Assembly: GCA_040954595.2 (NCBI GenBank)
Contig: CM082598.2
Location: forward strand, 9,749,097-9,813,096
Direction of reading: 5' to 3'
Length of the DNA: 64,000 nucleotides
Source: Balanoglossus misakiensis
Taxonomy: Eukaryota; Animalia; Hemichordata
The notes under the pieces were generated by a model. The model searched no databases. It was not told the DNA's origin and worked only from the letters and a program-made list of their open reading frames with translations. Of this stretch, positions 54,101-61,512 are shown piece after piece; the first letter of the stretch is position 1, and every line of letters begins with the position of its first letter. The position numbers and the translations under genes were made by a program.

Positions 54101-57100
54101 GCCTCCTATCAACTTTAGCAGATGCAGTCAAGATCCGTAGCTGGCAGATTGCTGGATTACCAAGGGATAATCTGTCTGTAGAGAATGGAGTCATTGTGCA
54201 ATACTCACAAAGATGGCCATTGTTCATTGATCCACAAGGTCAAGCTAATCGATGGATCAAAACCATGGTAAGAAAAAGAGAATTATCCAACATTTTGCAG
54301 TCTACTTTCTGTCGCAAATGTCAAAGGCCCCTTCTGGCAGCTTAAGCTCTCAGAAAGAATCTTCTGACAATAACACAGCACAAGCAAGTCAACTATGGAG
54401 GACGTGCATTTTCTTATGCTGCCCCAAAGCTATGGAACTCACTGTCACAGCCTAATGATATTTGACTAGCACCCAGTCTTGACTCTTTTAAGAGAAAACT
54501 GAAGACATATTCGTTTGAATAAAGAATATGGTGTGTAAATAAGAACACGATTCCATTTGTTTGTTTACTTTATGTGACAACAATAACTAAACCAGTACAG
54601 AGCAAGTACAGTTGGAAATGTGAGAGTGTCTTGCAATGCATCATGGTCGCGCATGCGCATTAACACAAGGATTGTCTATCTGCTGTGACGTAATGTTCTC
54701 TAGTGTGTGAACAACCACGGGCGCCACTGAACAGAACTTCTGCATTTTGGCACCATATAAATTTGTTGATTGATTGATTGATTGATTGACATGATTGATT
54801 GCTTGATAGGCCCATTCATTATGAAATCACGTTTTGATTTGTACCTACTGTGGACCAAATTGCTGCATGGGATCGTATGATCCAGAGAGTACACAATCAT
54901 GGCAGTGCAATTAGGACCTAGGATCACATTTCTCACACGAGTTGCCCGTCTCAAATCAAAGCCGTTTCAGAACCAGTATACACCGTTCGCACATGTTTTT
55001 TTAAGGCAGTATCTGATCTGAGACGCTCCAGACCCGTCTTTAAGGTATACAGTCACCTATGGAAAATTAGCCAGAGTTACCATGGCAAACTGAGATCTAT
55101 CCAATCACAGATTTGTTCTTTAGAACGCTCAAATACGCCATTTCAGTCATATGGGCATTACGTAAATTGGAGGTAATTGTATACCTTTAATGGTGTGTGT
55201 GTGTGTGACCCCCATATAAGTGCAATGTTGTTGTTTACATTTGAATTTTAGTCTGCACTAAAATAGAACTGTCAACAATAGACCTAAAACAAAATAATCA
55301 AATTACCGGTATATTAAAAGATGTTCATTTTGTACTTTTGAGTGTAACAGTGTATTGTCCGTTTTCACACTTTCCATTGTTATTTCTTTGAAAATTGGTT
55401 TATCTTTACTTTCTGTAAATTCAATCAACAGGAGAAAGATAATGGTATAGATGTGATCAAACTGACAGATCGAGATTTCTTGAGAAGTCTTGAGAATGCT
55501 GTGAGATTTGGTAAACCATGTCTATTAGAGAATGTTGCAGAGGAGCTTGATCCAGCCCTAGAACCAATCTTACTTAAACAGGTCAGTGAGTTGAATTATA
55601 ATACTTCTCACCCAAGATGAAATAGAAATTAGAATGTCCAGACAGTTATTATGTTCATATAATAATATACTGTACTTCATGAAACTTTGGGTGTTGAGAT
55701 AACCATAGTACCCATAAATTGTCTATTAGACTCAGGCCAAATACAAAAATACGTGCTGTTCCGATTACATGTACATGGTTTTCAAAAATACCGTAATCAT
55801 CAGTTCGACCAGAAAAAAATAAATATGATTTGTGAAAAGACAAACTAATAGAATAAAAATAACATAACACAAAAATGGCCACTCAAAGTTCTTGAATAAT
55901 TTTTTCAGGGGGCATGTTTGCATGGCATGAACTGTATGCACTATCAGCATGTAGTTGAGGTGATATTTATAATAGAATTGAACTGTTTAAGGTCACACAG
56001 AATAAAATCAGTGAATTCTGAATACCTTGGAAGGTAGAAGTTGCAGATATCTTCATGAAAAATACACAATATCAACACATGCATTTAATCAGTGGTCAAA
56101 CAATTGAAGGTTATAAAATAATTAATTTTCCAACGAATAGTGGGTGGTTGAATTAATGGAGTGGTTGAACTGATGGAGTGATTACGGTAGGGTAGGTAGG
56201 TAGGGAAATTTTTTTATTTTGCATTTTTTTATTTCTCTGGCTGCTGTAGTGTAGAAGAATGACGTCATAGTTCTCGCATAATTCACACAATTTTCATAAA
56301 TTTTGTATATTTGACATTGTCATTTTTACTTCCAGGTTTATCCTGTGTTTGTACATGTATAATGAAAATCCATGATAAAATAAAGGGGTCACCGCGCTTG
56401 TTTTTGAAATATAGATCCATGAATTTAGTTGATAATAGAAGAAAACTGCTGACTCAGCATTTTTCACCAATGATTTGTCAATGGGCAAAATATTTAATGA
56501 AATTTATCTCAAAATAGAGCACGGTGACCACACGATTTTATTTGACCAATGAATTTATAGTTACTTGGCTGAGCATGTGTAAAATTGCGTGAAAATGACA
56601 AAAGTAGAAGTTTGTTTTCTAGCAATTATCAATGTAATCTTATGGGGAAAAGACACATGCAAGTTGTTTATCAGTTTATGTTCTGTGCATATATCCTTAA
56701 GAGCAGTCTAGTCTATGCAAAAGCCATCTCCTGGCAGCAGAATACTCACTCTTTTCATTTTCTCACTCTTTTTTCGGCAGACATTCAAGCAACAGGGTAG
56801 TACTGTTATCAAACTGGGAGATGCCATCATCCCATACCATAATGACTTCAAATTTTACATCACAACAAAGTTACCCAACCCACATTACACACCAGAAGTC
56901 TCGACCAAAGTAACTGTAGTAAATTTTACTTTGTCACCAAGGTGAGATTTAACATGCAGGTTTTAGTCTGGTTTTCTTTATGACTCTGGTTTATGAAATT
57001 CTCATCATTATGCTATTTAGAAAATATGGTTTCTGGTTGTTCAAGACTGGCCAAGGCATGAAATCACGGGAAAGCCTACCAGAAAAAAAACACCAGGTTG

Positions 57101-59352
57101 TAAGCTGGGTTTGTATTTTTATGTCTTGGAAAAATGAATTCAAAATGATTCATGCATGCTGTATTGCAATATATGTACCAGAATAGCATGCAGAACAATG
57201 AAGGACATTTGGTTTAGTAATGTAAATTATCATTTTTGCTGTAGAAAGCAGTAATACCGGGTACAAATATACATAAAACATTTGTTGAAAGAAAAGGTTC
57301 AAATGCAGACGATTTTAGATTTCAGGCATGTTATTCAATCAATTATTCATAAGGGCCAAAAGTTATTGAAACGGGTCCTCCAGGTATTTCATTATATGAC
57401 AAGACAATTATAATAGCCTTCACCAAAGATGATAGATGTTTGTGTTCCATTTCAACTCCTTAATGAGTGTTTTTGCAAATAATATTGTTTATTTTATCTA
57501 ACAATGTAGTGGACTAGAAGATCAAGTGTTGTCTCGTGTTGTAGCAGAAGAGAGACCGGATCTAGAGGAAGCCAAAAACCAACTGATTATCAGCAATGCC
57601 AAGATGAAACAAGAACTGAAAGAGATTGAAGATAAGATCTTGGAACGCCTTAGTGCATCTCAAGGAAGTCCTGTAGATGATGTTGATCTAATTGCTGTCT
57701 TGGAAGCATCGAAGATCAAATCAGGAGAAATTAAGGTGCCAACTAGTTCATCCCAGTTTTCATTGGTTTTCATTGGTTTCATTTTTCACTATCAGACATT
57801 TGTACAATTAACACAGTTGGATCTATATACAATCCGTGGCTACCTGCTGCCAAGTGAAATTCATCTATTTTGAGACCAACAAATTCGCTTTTTGGTGTTG
57901 TTTTGAAAAACAAGCCGCTATGTGTTGATATCGAAGTTTGTAATTCGATTTTTGAAATTCGATTTACGAACAGGGTCTCAAAAGTGTAACAATATTGTGC
58001 TCATTTAGTGGAAATCTAGGGAGCTAGCTAAGAACTTTTGCTACATCGATATTTTCGTACGGGGATGTGCGATCCGAATTCAAAACATGTACCCATGTTT
58101 TTGTCAAAACAGAACCGTTGTTCAGAACAAAATCGGAGCAAAAATGTGTAAACTGACATTGGCAAGCTACTAATTAGCATGTATTGATATCGACAGGCTA
58201 AAGTGACAGTAGCAGAAGAAACAGAAAAGGAGATTGATGTTACCAGAAGTCTGTATATTCCAGTGGCTGTCAGAACATCTTTGCTGTTCTTCTGTACAAC
58301 AGACTTAGCCAATGTAGATCCTATGTACCAGTATTCATTGGAGTGGTTCCTAGGACTCTTCATGGCTGGCATTGCTAACTCTGAAAGATCAGGCAAGTAT
58401 TCCTGATAGTCAAGGATTTTATATTTACCTGTACATGTACAATAACGTTACTTTGTAAAGCGATTGATTTTCGCGACAGGAAATTCCTGAGTTCCTGGGT
58501 TTTTTTTTAATGTCCAAGTTATCTGGATAGATGTGGCTTAGGTAATTAGATATAAAAGCATAATGCCCACACTTGTAGGCGTTATTGAAAAACCTAGGAA
58601 ACCCAAACATGATAACCTACATTTTTCTTTCCTTCTAACAGATAAAGTTGAAGAGCGTATCAAGCATATCAATGACTATTTTACGTTTAGTTTGTACAGC
58701 AATGTGTGCAGGAGTCTGTTTGAGAAACATAAGCTGATGTTTTCATTCCTCGTATCCATCAGAATTCTAATGAATGAAGGGCGCATTGACATGGTGAGTC
58801 CTTGCTTGCATGTCTGTCTGTCTGTATGTATGTATGTATGTATGTATGTATGTATGTATGTATGTATGTATGTATGTATGTATGTATGTATGTATGTATG
58901 TATGTATGTATGTATTTATGTATGTATTTACCCCGGTATGTATGCATGCATGCATGCATGGGAGAGAGAGAGAGAGGGAGGGAGGGAGAGAGTGAGTGAG
59001 TGAGTGAGTGAGTGAGTATGGATATGATCGCACATGGATAGTCCTAGTTTCAAGATGCATTTCGCAATAAAACTCCTGTCTTGTGTTCTGAATTTTTAAA
59101 ATTAGAAATACAGTGTACAGAATGCATATGAGGGGAATGGGTTTGAGTCCTTCTTTCTGATCGTCACATCTCATTCTGTGTATGTATTGTATACATGTAC
59201 TATTCATCCATTTTGTGGTACAATTTTGTTCATAGGATGAGTGGAGATTCTTATTAGGTGGTGGTACCAGCTCACCTGAGGAATTACCTAACCCAGCCTC
59301 AGATTGGTTATCAGAAAGATCTTGGCGAGACATACTGACTCTTGCAGGATTG
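2011..59352 (+). CDS. DNAH1: Axonemal dynein heavy chain (DNAH1-like), internal part; 25 exons, about 1502 aa, incomplete at both ends
   Basis: Exons joined by hand at AG/GT (one GC) sites give a continuous frame with dynein motifs [91 protein letters not shown]1 rather than DNAH3/7/12 rests on recalled residue patterns, not a search. Confidence 0.93.
2509..3441. mobile_element. Fold-back MITE with about 300-bp inverted arms
   Basis: 2509..~2830 is the approximate reverse complement of ~3120..3441. Confidence 0.8.
3556..4788. mobile_element. Kolobok-type non-autonomous element (TTAA TSD, GGATGTACG TIR) with nested insertion; other copies 41134..41556 and partials near 10190, 28915, 56340..56696
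   Basis: ttaa|ggatgtacg ... cgtacatcc|ttaa; purine-purine termini with TTAA fit Kolobok rather than piggyBac. Confidence 0.8.
3907..4725 (-). mobile_element. GA-mismatch hairpin element nested in the Kolobok MITE; sister copy about 22220..23155
   Basis: IR ttatcacatacatagctccgc (3907) / gcggatctatgtatgtgataa (4533..4553), then hairpin 4559..4720 with TC/TC on + (GA/GA on -). Confidence 0.75.
4832..4954 (+). CDS. DNAH1: Dynein exon ([14 protein letters not shown]...KTKE)
   Basis: ccgtag acceptor, gtatca donor, phase 0/0, FP..SVYEY motif. Confidence 0.85.
4975..5290. mobile_element. Kolobok-type MITE AGCCTCTAGAGCTGC (other copies 40620..40983, partial 32457..~32720)
   Basis: ttaa|agcctctagagctgc ... 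gcagctctagaggct|ttaa. Confidence 0.8.
6594..7133 (+). mobile_element. GA-mismatch hairpin element (hairpin 6594..6740)
   Basis: gatttgggtacaattc / gaattgtacccaaatc and catatagcac-GA-gcc...ggc-GA-gtgctatatg arms; right end approximate. Confidence 0.65.
7131..9875 (+). mobile_element. GA-mismatch hairpin element (hairpin ~7135..7272, GCGAAGC tip) whose IRs bracket a Gypsy relic
   Basis: IR ttatagttttatcaatgccagtgaattt (7280..7307) / aaattcactggtattgataaagctataa (9848..9875). Confidence 0.65.
7325..9833 (-). mobile_element. Degenerate Gypsy LTR retrotransposon: 5' LTR (9688..~9833), tRNA-Leu-type PBS (9675..9687), gag, CCHC knuckle, protease, RT; RNase H deleted, integrase missing
   Basis: PBS TGGTGTCAGAAGT; ORFs 9039..9665 (gag), 8252..9091 ([20 protein letters not shown]), 7822..8331 and 7325..7792 (RT: [19 protein letters not shown]) broken by frameshifts. 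Confidence 0.92.
10682..10822 (+). CDS. DNAH1: Dynein exon (VKWVGWMD...[10 protein letters not shown]...NKKT)
   Basis: caccag acceptor, gtaaga donor, IVPTxDT motif. Confidence 0.9.
10897..11044. mobile_element. Tc1/mariner-pogo-like MITE, TA TSD, CAGT ends (related copy 63734..63911)
   Basis: ta|cagtaaatcctttctaaaccgaac ... gttcggtttagaaaggttttactg|ta. Confidence 0.7.
11157..11516. mobile_element. Kolobok-type MITE AGGTATACGGTCACC (copies 55044..55186, 61873..62043, ~32970..33143), with a nested MITE at 11173..11331
   Basis: ttaa|aggtatacggtca ... tgaccatatacct|ttaa. Confidence 0.8.
11877..12037 (+). CDS. DNAH1: Dynein exon with AAA3 P-loop ([12 protein letters not shown])
   Basis: ttgtag acceptor, gtgagt donor, phase 0/2; read directly, absent from the + strand ORF track. 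Confidence 0.92.
12964..13121 (+). CDS. DNAH1: Dynein exon with AAA3 Walker B (RKGVFGPP...FVDDLNMP...YGAQPPIE)
   Basis: atgtag acceptor, gtaagt donor, phase 2/1. Confidence 0.92.
13152..13360. mobile_element. TA-flanked MITE CTGTAAAACGGGTTATTT (copies 29457..29824, 59729..60016)
   Basis: TIR of about 19 bp, TA TSD, three copies. Confidence 0.8.
16256..16429 (+). CDS. DNAH1: Dynein exon ([20 protein letters not shown])
   Basis: ttacag acceptor, gtaaag donor, phase 1/1. Confidence 0.92.
16681..18629. mobile_element. About 1.95-kb TIR element of unassigned superfamily, hosting a P-like MITE
   Basis: taccgtaatcaatcctttggttc near 16688 / gaaccgaaggattgattacggta near 18600. Confidence 0.6.
16843..17796. 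mobile_element. P-element-like non-autonomous transposon
   Basis: Perfect 32-bp TIR CATAGACCCTAGAGAAAGAAGGACGCGCAACT; 7-bp TSD gtgcaat. Confidence 0.8.
18654..22145. mobile_element. 3.5-kb Kolobok-type element (no intact ORF) hosting a Helentron-like insertion
   Basis: ttaa|aggaaaagttcggatccgcctaaa ... tttaggcggatccgaacctgccct|ttaa. Confidence 0.75.
19196..20660 (+). mobile_element. Helentron-associated/DINE-1-like non-autonomous element with ~150-bp internal tandem repeats (related 5' fragment 49378..49735)
   Basis: 5' hairpin agggcccaagcgc...gcgcttgggccct; 3' sub-terminal gcgcttgggccc plus gctgcttgcagc stem; repeated gccatattggatttt units. Confidence 0.7.
23445..25236 (+). mobile_element. 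Gypsy LTR retrotransposon 3' half: RT/RH linker relic, integrase, PPT (25083..25095), 3' LTR (25096..25236)
   Basis: HWEHPGI zinc-finger part, [21 protein letters not shown]; LTR TGTAATATAT...ATATATTACA with AATAAA; frameshift near 23950. Confidence 0.92.
25356..25527 (+). repeat. GA-mismatch hairpin related to the 6594 family, truncated, with two short internal duplications
   Basis: ccac-GA-gattttgaccagttcac-GA-catat ... atatg-GA-gttgaactggtcaaaatc-GA-gtgg. Confidence 0.65.
26278..26783. mobile_element. Kolobok-type MITE
   Basis: ttaa|aggtacatgagctgcaact ... agttgcagcttacgtacct|ttaa. Confidence 0.75.
28065..28353. mobile_element. PIF/Harbinger-like MITE GGCCAAATAAAA (copies ~31388..31668, ~55735..56340)
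   Basis: GGCC termini flanked by tga/taa, imperfect TIR, three copies. Confidence 0.7.
28403..28842 (+). CDS. DNAH1: Dynein exon ([21 protein letters not shown]...LYGDF); alternative in-frame acceptor possible at 28430
   Basis: taatag acceptor (or accag at 28429), gttagt donor, phase 1/0. Confidence 0.88.
29234..29430 (+). CDS. DNAH1: Dynein exon with AAA4 P-loop (GVGGSGRQS)
   Basis: tttcag acceptor, gtaagt donor, phase 0/2. Confidence 0.93.
30291..30655 (+). mobile_element. GA-mismatch hairpin element (hairpin 30291..30391 plus ttctcacac / gtgtgagaa IR)
   Basis: cctgggatcatattt...cac-GA-gttggga / tcccgac-GA-gta...aaatatgatcccagg. Confidence 0.55.
31705..31840 (+). CDS. DNAH1: Dynein exon ([10 protein letters not shown]...FLFSDTQ)
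   Basis: ttgcag acceptor, gtaggt donor, phase 2/0. Confidence 0.93.
32030..32178. repeat. GA/GGGA-rich simple repeat
   Basis: Directly visible. Confidence 0.9.
32237..32445 (+). CDS. DNAH1: Dynein exon ([21 protein letters not shown]...VLCM)
   Basis: ccacag acceptor, gtgaat donor, phase 0/2. Confidence 0.93.
32746..32932 (+). CDS. DNAH1: Dynein exon ([26 protein letters not shown])
   Basis: gtttag acceptor, gtaagt donor, phase 2/0. Confidence 0.93.
33149..34123. mobile_element. TIR element CACAGTCCCTCAAGAAAGACGGT (short relative at 22540..22704)
   Basis: 23-bp TIR; flanks ctttaaa / atttaaa could be a 7-bp TSD with one mismatch. Confidence 0.7.
34295..34610. mobile_element. Palindromic Kolobok-type MITE (same terminus near 2256)
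   Basis: ttaa|agggacaaagtctctctc ... gagagagacattgtcact|ttaa, long inverted arms. Confidence 0.75.
34679..35280. mobile_element. Kolobok-type MITE
   Basis: ttaa|agccccagtatttctcgt ... acgagaaatactgaggct|ttaa. Confidence 0.75.
35497..36645 (+). mobile_element. Helentron-associated/DINE-1-like element (second copy 42404..45048, interrupted)
   Basis: Sub-terminal IR agctctgctg / cagcagagct, GTCC microsatellite, ~145-bp tandem units, 3' stem tgacc-aaca-ggtca, T-rich flanks. Confidence 0.75.
36116..36514. mobile_element. TA-flanked MITE CCGTAATCAC (inverted copy 55791..56187)
   Basis: ta|ccgtaatcac ... gtgattacgg|ta; both copies nested in other repeats. Confidence 0.8.
36732..36923 (+). CDS. 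DNAH1: Dynein exon ([11 protein letters not shown]...KTGLDK), start of stalk
   Basis: acacag acceptor, gtaatt donor, phase 0/0. Confidence 0.92.
37960..39531 (-). mobile_element. Tc1-like DNA transposon; 5' terminus at 39531, other end not resolved
   Basis: Minus strand TA|CAGACCCGCCAATAAGTATTTACGCAC upstream of the transposase; matching TIR not found. Confidence 0.7.
38034..39083 (-). pseudogene. Tc1-family transposase, 349 codons, one in-frame TAG at codon 31 (38991..38993)
   Basis: Starts [10 protein letters not shown] at 39083; GRPR motif, [40 protein letters not shown] end. Confidence 0.92.
39560..39679 (+). CDS. DNAH1: Dynein exon, stalk coiled coil ([20 protein letters not shown]...)
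   Basis: ttatag acceptor, gtgagt donor, phase 0/0. Confidence 0.9.
39769..39895. repeat. Small hairpin MITE with an inner inverted repeat
   Basis: cattctctgtacagagattgtagc / gctacaatctctgtacggagaatg; inner ctagctagg / cctagctag. Confidence 0.55.
40431..40607 (+). CDS. DNAH1: Dynein exon, stalk to MTBD ([26 protein letters not shown])
   Basis: gtttag acceptor, gtaagt donor, phase 0/0. Confidence 0.92.
41984..42175 (+). CDS. DNAH1: Dynein exon, microtubule-binding domain ([11 protein letters not shown]...DYWEPGK...KYDK)
   Basis: gtatag acceptor, gtatag donor, phase 0/0. Confidence 0.93.
42888..43805 (+). mobile_element. hAT-like deletion derivative carrying a frameshifted N-terminal zinc-finger fragment (43206..43633)
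   Basis: TIR CAGAGTTTCCGGT / ACCGGAAACTCTG; peptide [10 protein letters not shown]...[19 protein letters not shown]...[10 protein letters not shown] resembles TTF-type fingers of hAT/ZNF862-like proteins. Confidence 0.7.
45578..45745 (+). CDS. DNAH1: Dynein exon, MTBD end (DNIPD...[15 protein letters not shown]...PKR)
   Basis: ttacag acceptor, gtaagt donor, phase 0/0. Confidence 0.93.
46154..46345 (+). CDS. DNAH1: Dynein exon, return coiled coil ([10 protein letters not shown]...RLIRADK)
   Basis: gttcag acceptor, gtaata donor, phase 0/0. Confidence 0.92.
46887..47250 (+). mobile_element. tRNA-derived SINE with CORE-like middle and LINE-like tail
   Basis: A box tcgtctagtgg, B box ggtttgagccc, then gtgtcctttggcaaggcacttta; AT-rich tail. 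Confidence 0.7.
47268..47399 (+). CDS. DNAH1: Dynein exon ([12 protein letters not shown]...AYLGPFT)
   Basis: ctacag acceptor, gtaagt donor, phase 0/0. Confidence 0.93.
47564..48819. mobile_element. TA-flanked long-TIR element with sub-terminal 23-bp tandem repeats (second copy 60247..62391)
   Basis: gggtgtctcaaaacacattgtgcgacaagaaagtgc at both ends; unit tgcgaccactagcactttgattc repeated five times from 47628. Confidence 0.85.
48840..52946. mobile_element. 4.1-kb TA-flanked element with about 85-bp TIRs and heterogeneous interior
   Basis: ta|caatcaataagcgttagaccattatggcc...ggcagcc versus ggctgcc...ggccataatggtctaacgcttattcattg|ta. Confidence 0.75.
50380..51150 (-). pseudogene. Gypsy gag-protease fragment
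   Basis: [10 protein letters not shown] protease motif (ORF 50640..50861), [13 protein letters not shown]...FPTLG; disrupted. Confidence 0.7.
53253..53873. mobile_element. Nearly fully palindromic Kolobok-type MITE
   Basis: ttaa|aggggaaatccgtcgtagctg ... cagctacgacggatttcccct|ttaa; arms longer than 200 bp. Confidence 0.85.
54022..54267 (+). CDS. DNAH1: Dynein exon, AAA5 start ([10 protein letters not shown]...[18 protein letters not shown])
   Basis: ttgtag acceptor, gtaaga donor, phase 0/0. Confidence 0.93.
55432..55581 (+). CDS. DNAH1: Dynein exon, AAA5 ([26 protein letters not shown])
   Basis: caacag acceptor, gtcagt donor, phase 0/0. Confidence 0.93.
56781..56941 (+). CDS. DNAH1: Dynein exon, AAA5 ([14 protein letters not shown]...VNFTLSP)
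   Basis: cggcag acceptor, gtgaga donor, phase 0/2. Confidence 0.93.
57510..57735 (+). CDS. DNAH1: Dynein exon (GLEDQVL...ERPDLEE...IEDKIL...EIK)
   Basis: atgtag acceptor, gtgcca donor, phase 2/0. Confidence 0.92.
58197..58392 (+). CDS. DNAH1: Dynein exon (YIPVAVR...[11 protein letters not shown]), ends at a GC donor
   Basis: cgacag acceptor; AG|GCAAGT donor gives the phase 1 needed by the next exon. Confidence 0.9.
58642..58793 (+). CDS. DNAH1: Dynein exon ([18 protein letters not shown])
   Basis: taacag acceptor, gtgagt donor, phase 1/0. Confidence 0.93.
58824..59016. repeat. Compound microsatellite (TATG)n followed by (GA)n and (GAGT)n
   Basis: Directly visible; explains the spurious MYVC/HTYI ORFs. 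Confidence 0.95.
59236..59352 (+). CDS. DNAH1: Dynein exon ([10 protein letters not shown]...[12 protein letters not shown])
   Basis: tcatag acceptor, gtaagt donor; last exon recognisable in the window. Confidence 0.9.
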
Positions 59353-60706
59353 GTAAGTGACACATTTCAATTTTCAGTGAAATTACTGATCGCAATTTCC
59401 CATGGTCACTCCGGGGTCACCAATCGTTGGCCGTCTATATGTGAGTCATAAATAATAAGTCATATGCATCATAATTAACTCTTCAGTCCGAAGTATTAGA
59501 TTGAAAACTGTAGTCTGCTGACATGGATTTACTTGGTTGCAGCCATATTTGTATCAAAAGGTGTCTAAGCCCTTGTTTTCTTCAGATAGACAGTGTACAT
59601 GTATACCATTAACTAGCTGAACGTGTTAAACTTATTTTATTTATTATATTTTTGTAATTATAATCTCATGAAAGTAATTTACAGGTCAGACAAGAGGAAA
59701 CCTCATTCATGATATCGTTCATGACATACTGTAAAACGGGTACTTTTGCGACAGGAAATTTTCGCGATATCAAAAGAGGCAACTGATAGTGATAGGCAAG
59801 GATTAATTTTTGCGTTCTTGTATTTCAGTAACTGTACGTTATCTCCGAAAACATTGTATTGTATTCTTATTTGTCACACTTGTAGCAAGATTCTTGGCCA
59901 CAAACCAAGATGTTCAAACAAATTACACACTGTATAGCAAATACATGAAACCGTGTTTTTTGGCTCTCGTGTATTTCACGAAAATTTATTGCTCACGATA
60001 ATAACCTGTTTTACAGTAGGTCTTCATGTTTTATCAGAAGAGATTTTATGGTATATGTAAAATCTGTAAACACATCAATTTCAATCTTGATTATAACATT
60101 ACTTGGAATATACTCTTAACAGCGAGAGATATTGAAGAAAGGCCAACAAAGGAATAGTGCCAAAAGAGTGAGTTGTATTTTACACAACCCAGCCATCACT
60201 TTTTAAAAGCGAACTTAAAAGATAAATGTCATTATCGAGTTATGTATGGGTGTCTCAAAACACATTGTGCGACAAGAAAGTGCTGGTCGCACTTTTGAGG
60301 AAAATGCTATCTGCGACCACTAGCACTTTGATTCTGCGACTGCTAGCCCTTTGATTCTGCGACTGCTAGCACTTGCATTCTGCTACAAAATTTTTTATTG
60401 GTTGTGTAAGGTATGTGCACAATTAATACCCCATTGACAGTAACGAGGTGTGAACGATCCGACAACGCAACGTCAATGCCCGATGCTTTCCCGGCCGATC
60501 CCAAGTTCGTCACATTGATAGGTGCCGCAGTCATTGATTGGGTCAACAAAAGAGATGCCGTTGCCCGGGCCGTTGCATCGCCTTTCCGTACCGTTTGTAC
60601 AAACATGCAACCCCAACTGTACATGGAAAAAGTAGCTGCGTATTGCTCCCAAACTAAAACATCAATGCAATATTGACAGAATAAAGGAAAAAGTTTATTA
60701 ACGTAA

Positions 60707-61512
60707 GGCTGCATTCACAAACACCTCTGGAGGTGGGGGGGGGGGGGGGGACGGGAGAATTCAATTTTTTTTACCGTTAATTTTCACATGCCCCCCTCAA
60801 CAACCTGAAATATTTTCAAATCCCCCCCTTCCGAACTGCTAAAATTTTCAAATCCCCCCCCCCCCCCACCCATTTTCTTTCACAGAGCAAAACACATCAC
60901 CTATCTATCTTGTAAAAAAAGAAAAACAGCGCTCCCATGAAAAGAATTTGAAACTGATGTACCCCCTCACTGAACATTGTTTTTATTTTTAAGTATTTGT
61001 ATTCTGTGTTGGGAGACATTGTAAACCGAGAATTGAAGGGGGTGGGAGGGGGTGTCCCCCTCCTACGTAAGAAAATTTTATAAAATACAGAGCTCAAAGC
61101 TGCATTTTAATGAACCCGGCAAAAGCAAATTAACTCAACTACCGGTTTGTTGGGGAGGACAAATTTAACCGTTGCCGCTCAAAGTTATCATGGGGTGGGG
61201 GCAAATCCCCTGACCTTGAACACTAGACAAACCAGTCAATGATTGAAAGGTGCTGATGAATGGAGGGGGTGGGTGTGGGAGGGGGTGTCCCCCTCCCACA
61301 TTAGAAAATTTTGTAAAATAAAGGGCGCGAAACTGCATTTTTGTGGACTCAAAATAAATATTTAGTCGTCAAAGTTTCAAGTCCCCCCCCTTTCAGTCCC
61401 TAAATTATTTCAAATCCCCCCCTTACATACCCTCAATTTTTTCAAATCCCCCCCCCCCTCAATTCTCCTGCCCCCCCCCCCCCCCCCTCCAGAGGTGTTT
61501 GTGAATGCAGCC
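60707..61512. mobile_element. PIF/Harbinger-like MITE, TAA TSD
   Basis: TIR GGCTGCATTCACAAACACCTCTGGAGG; empty site acg-TAA-gtact present in the sister host copy near 48063..48073. Confidence 0.88.

Noticed and set aside
54400-54525. LINE (L2/CR1-like) 3' remnant reading [12 protein letters not shown]
   Set aside because: Too short and degenerate to annotate with confidence.
58759-59363. ORFs with MYVC/HTYI repeats
   Set aside because: Translation of a TATG microsatellite and antisense of dynein exons.
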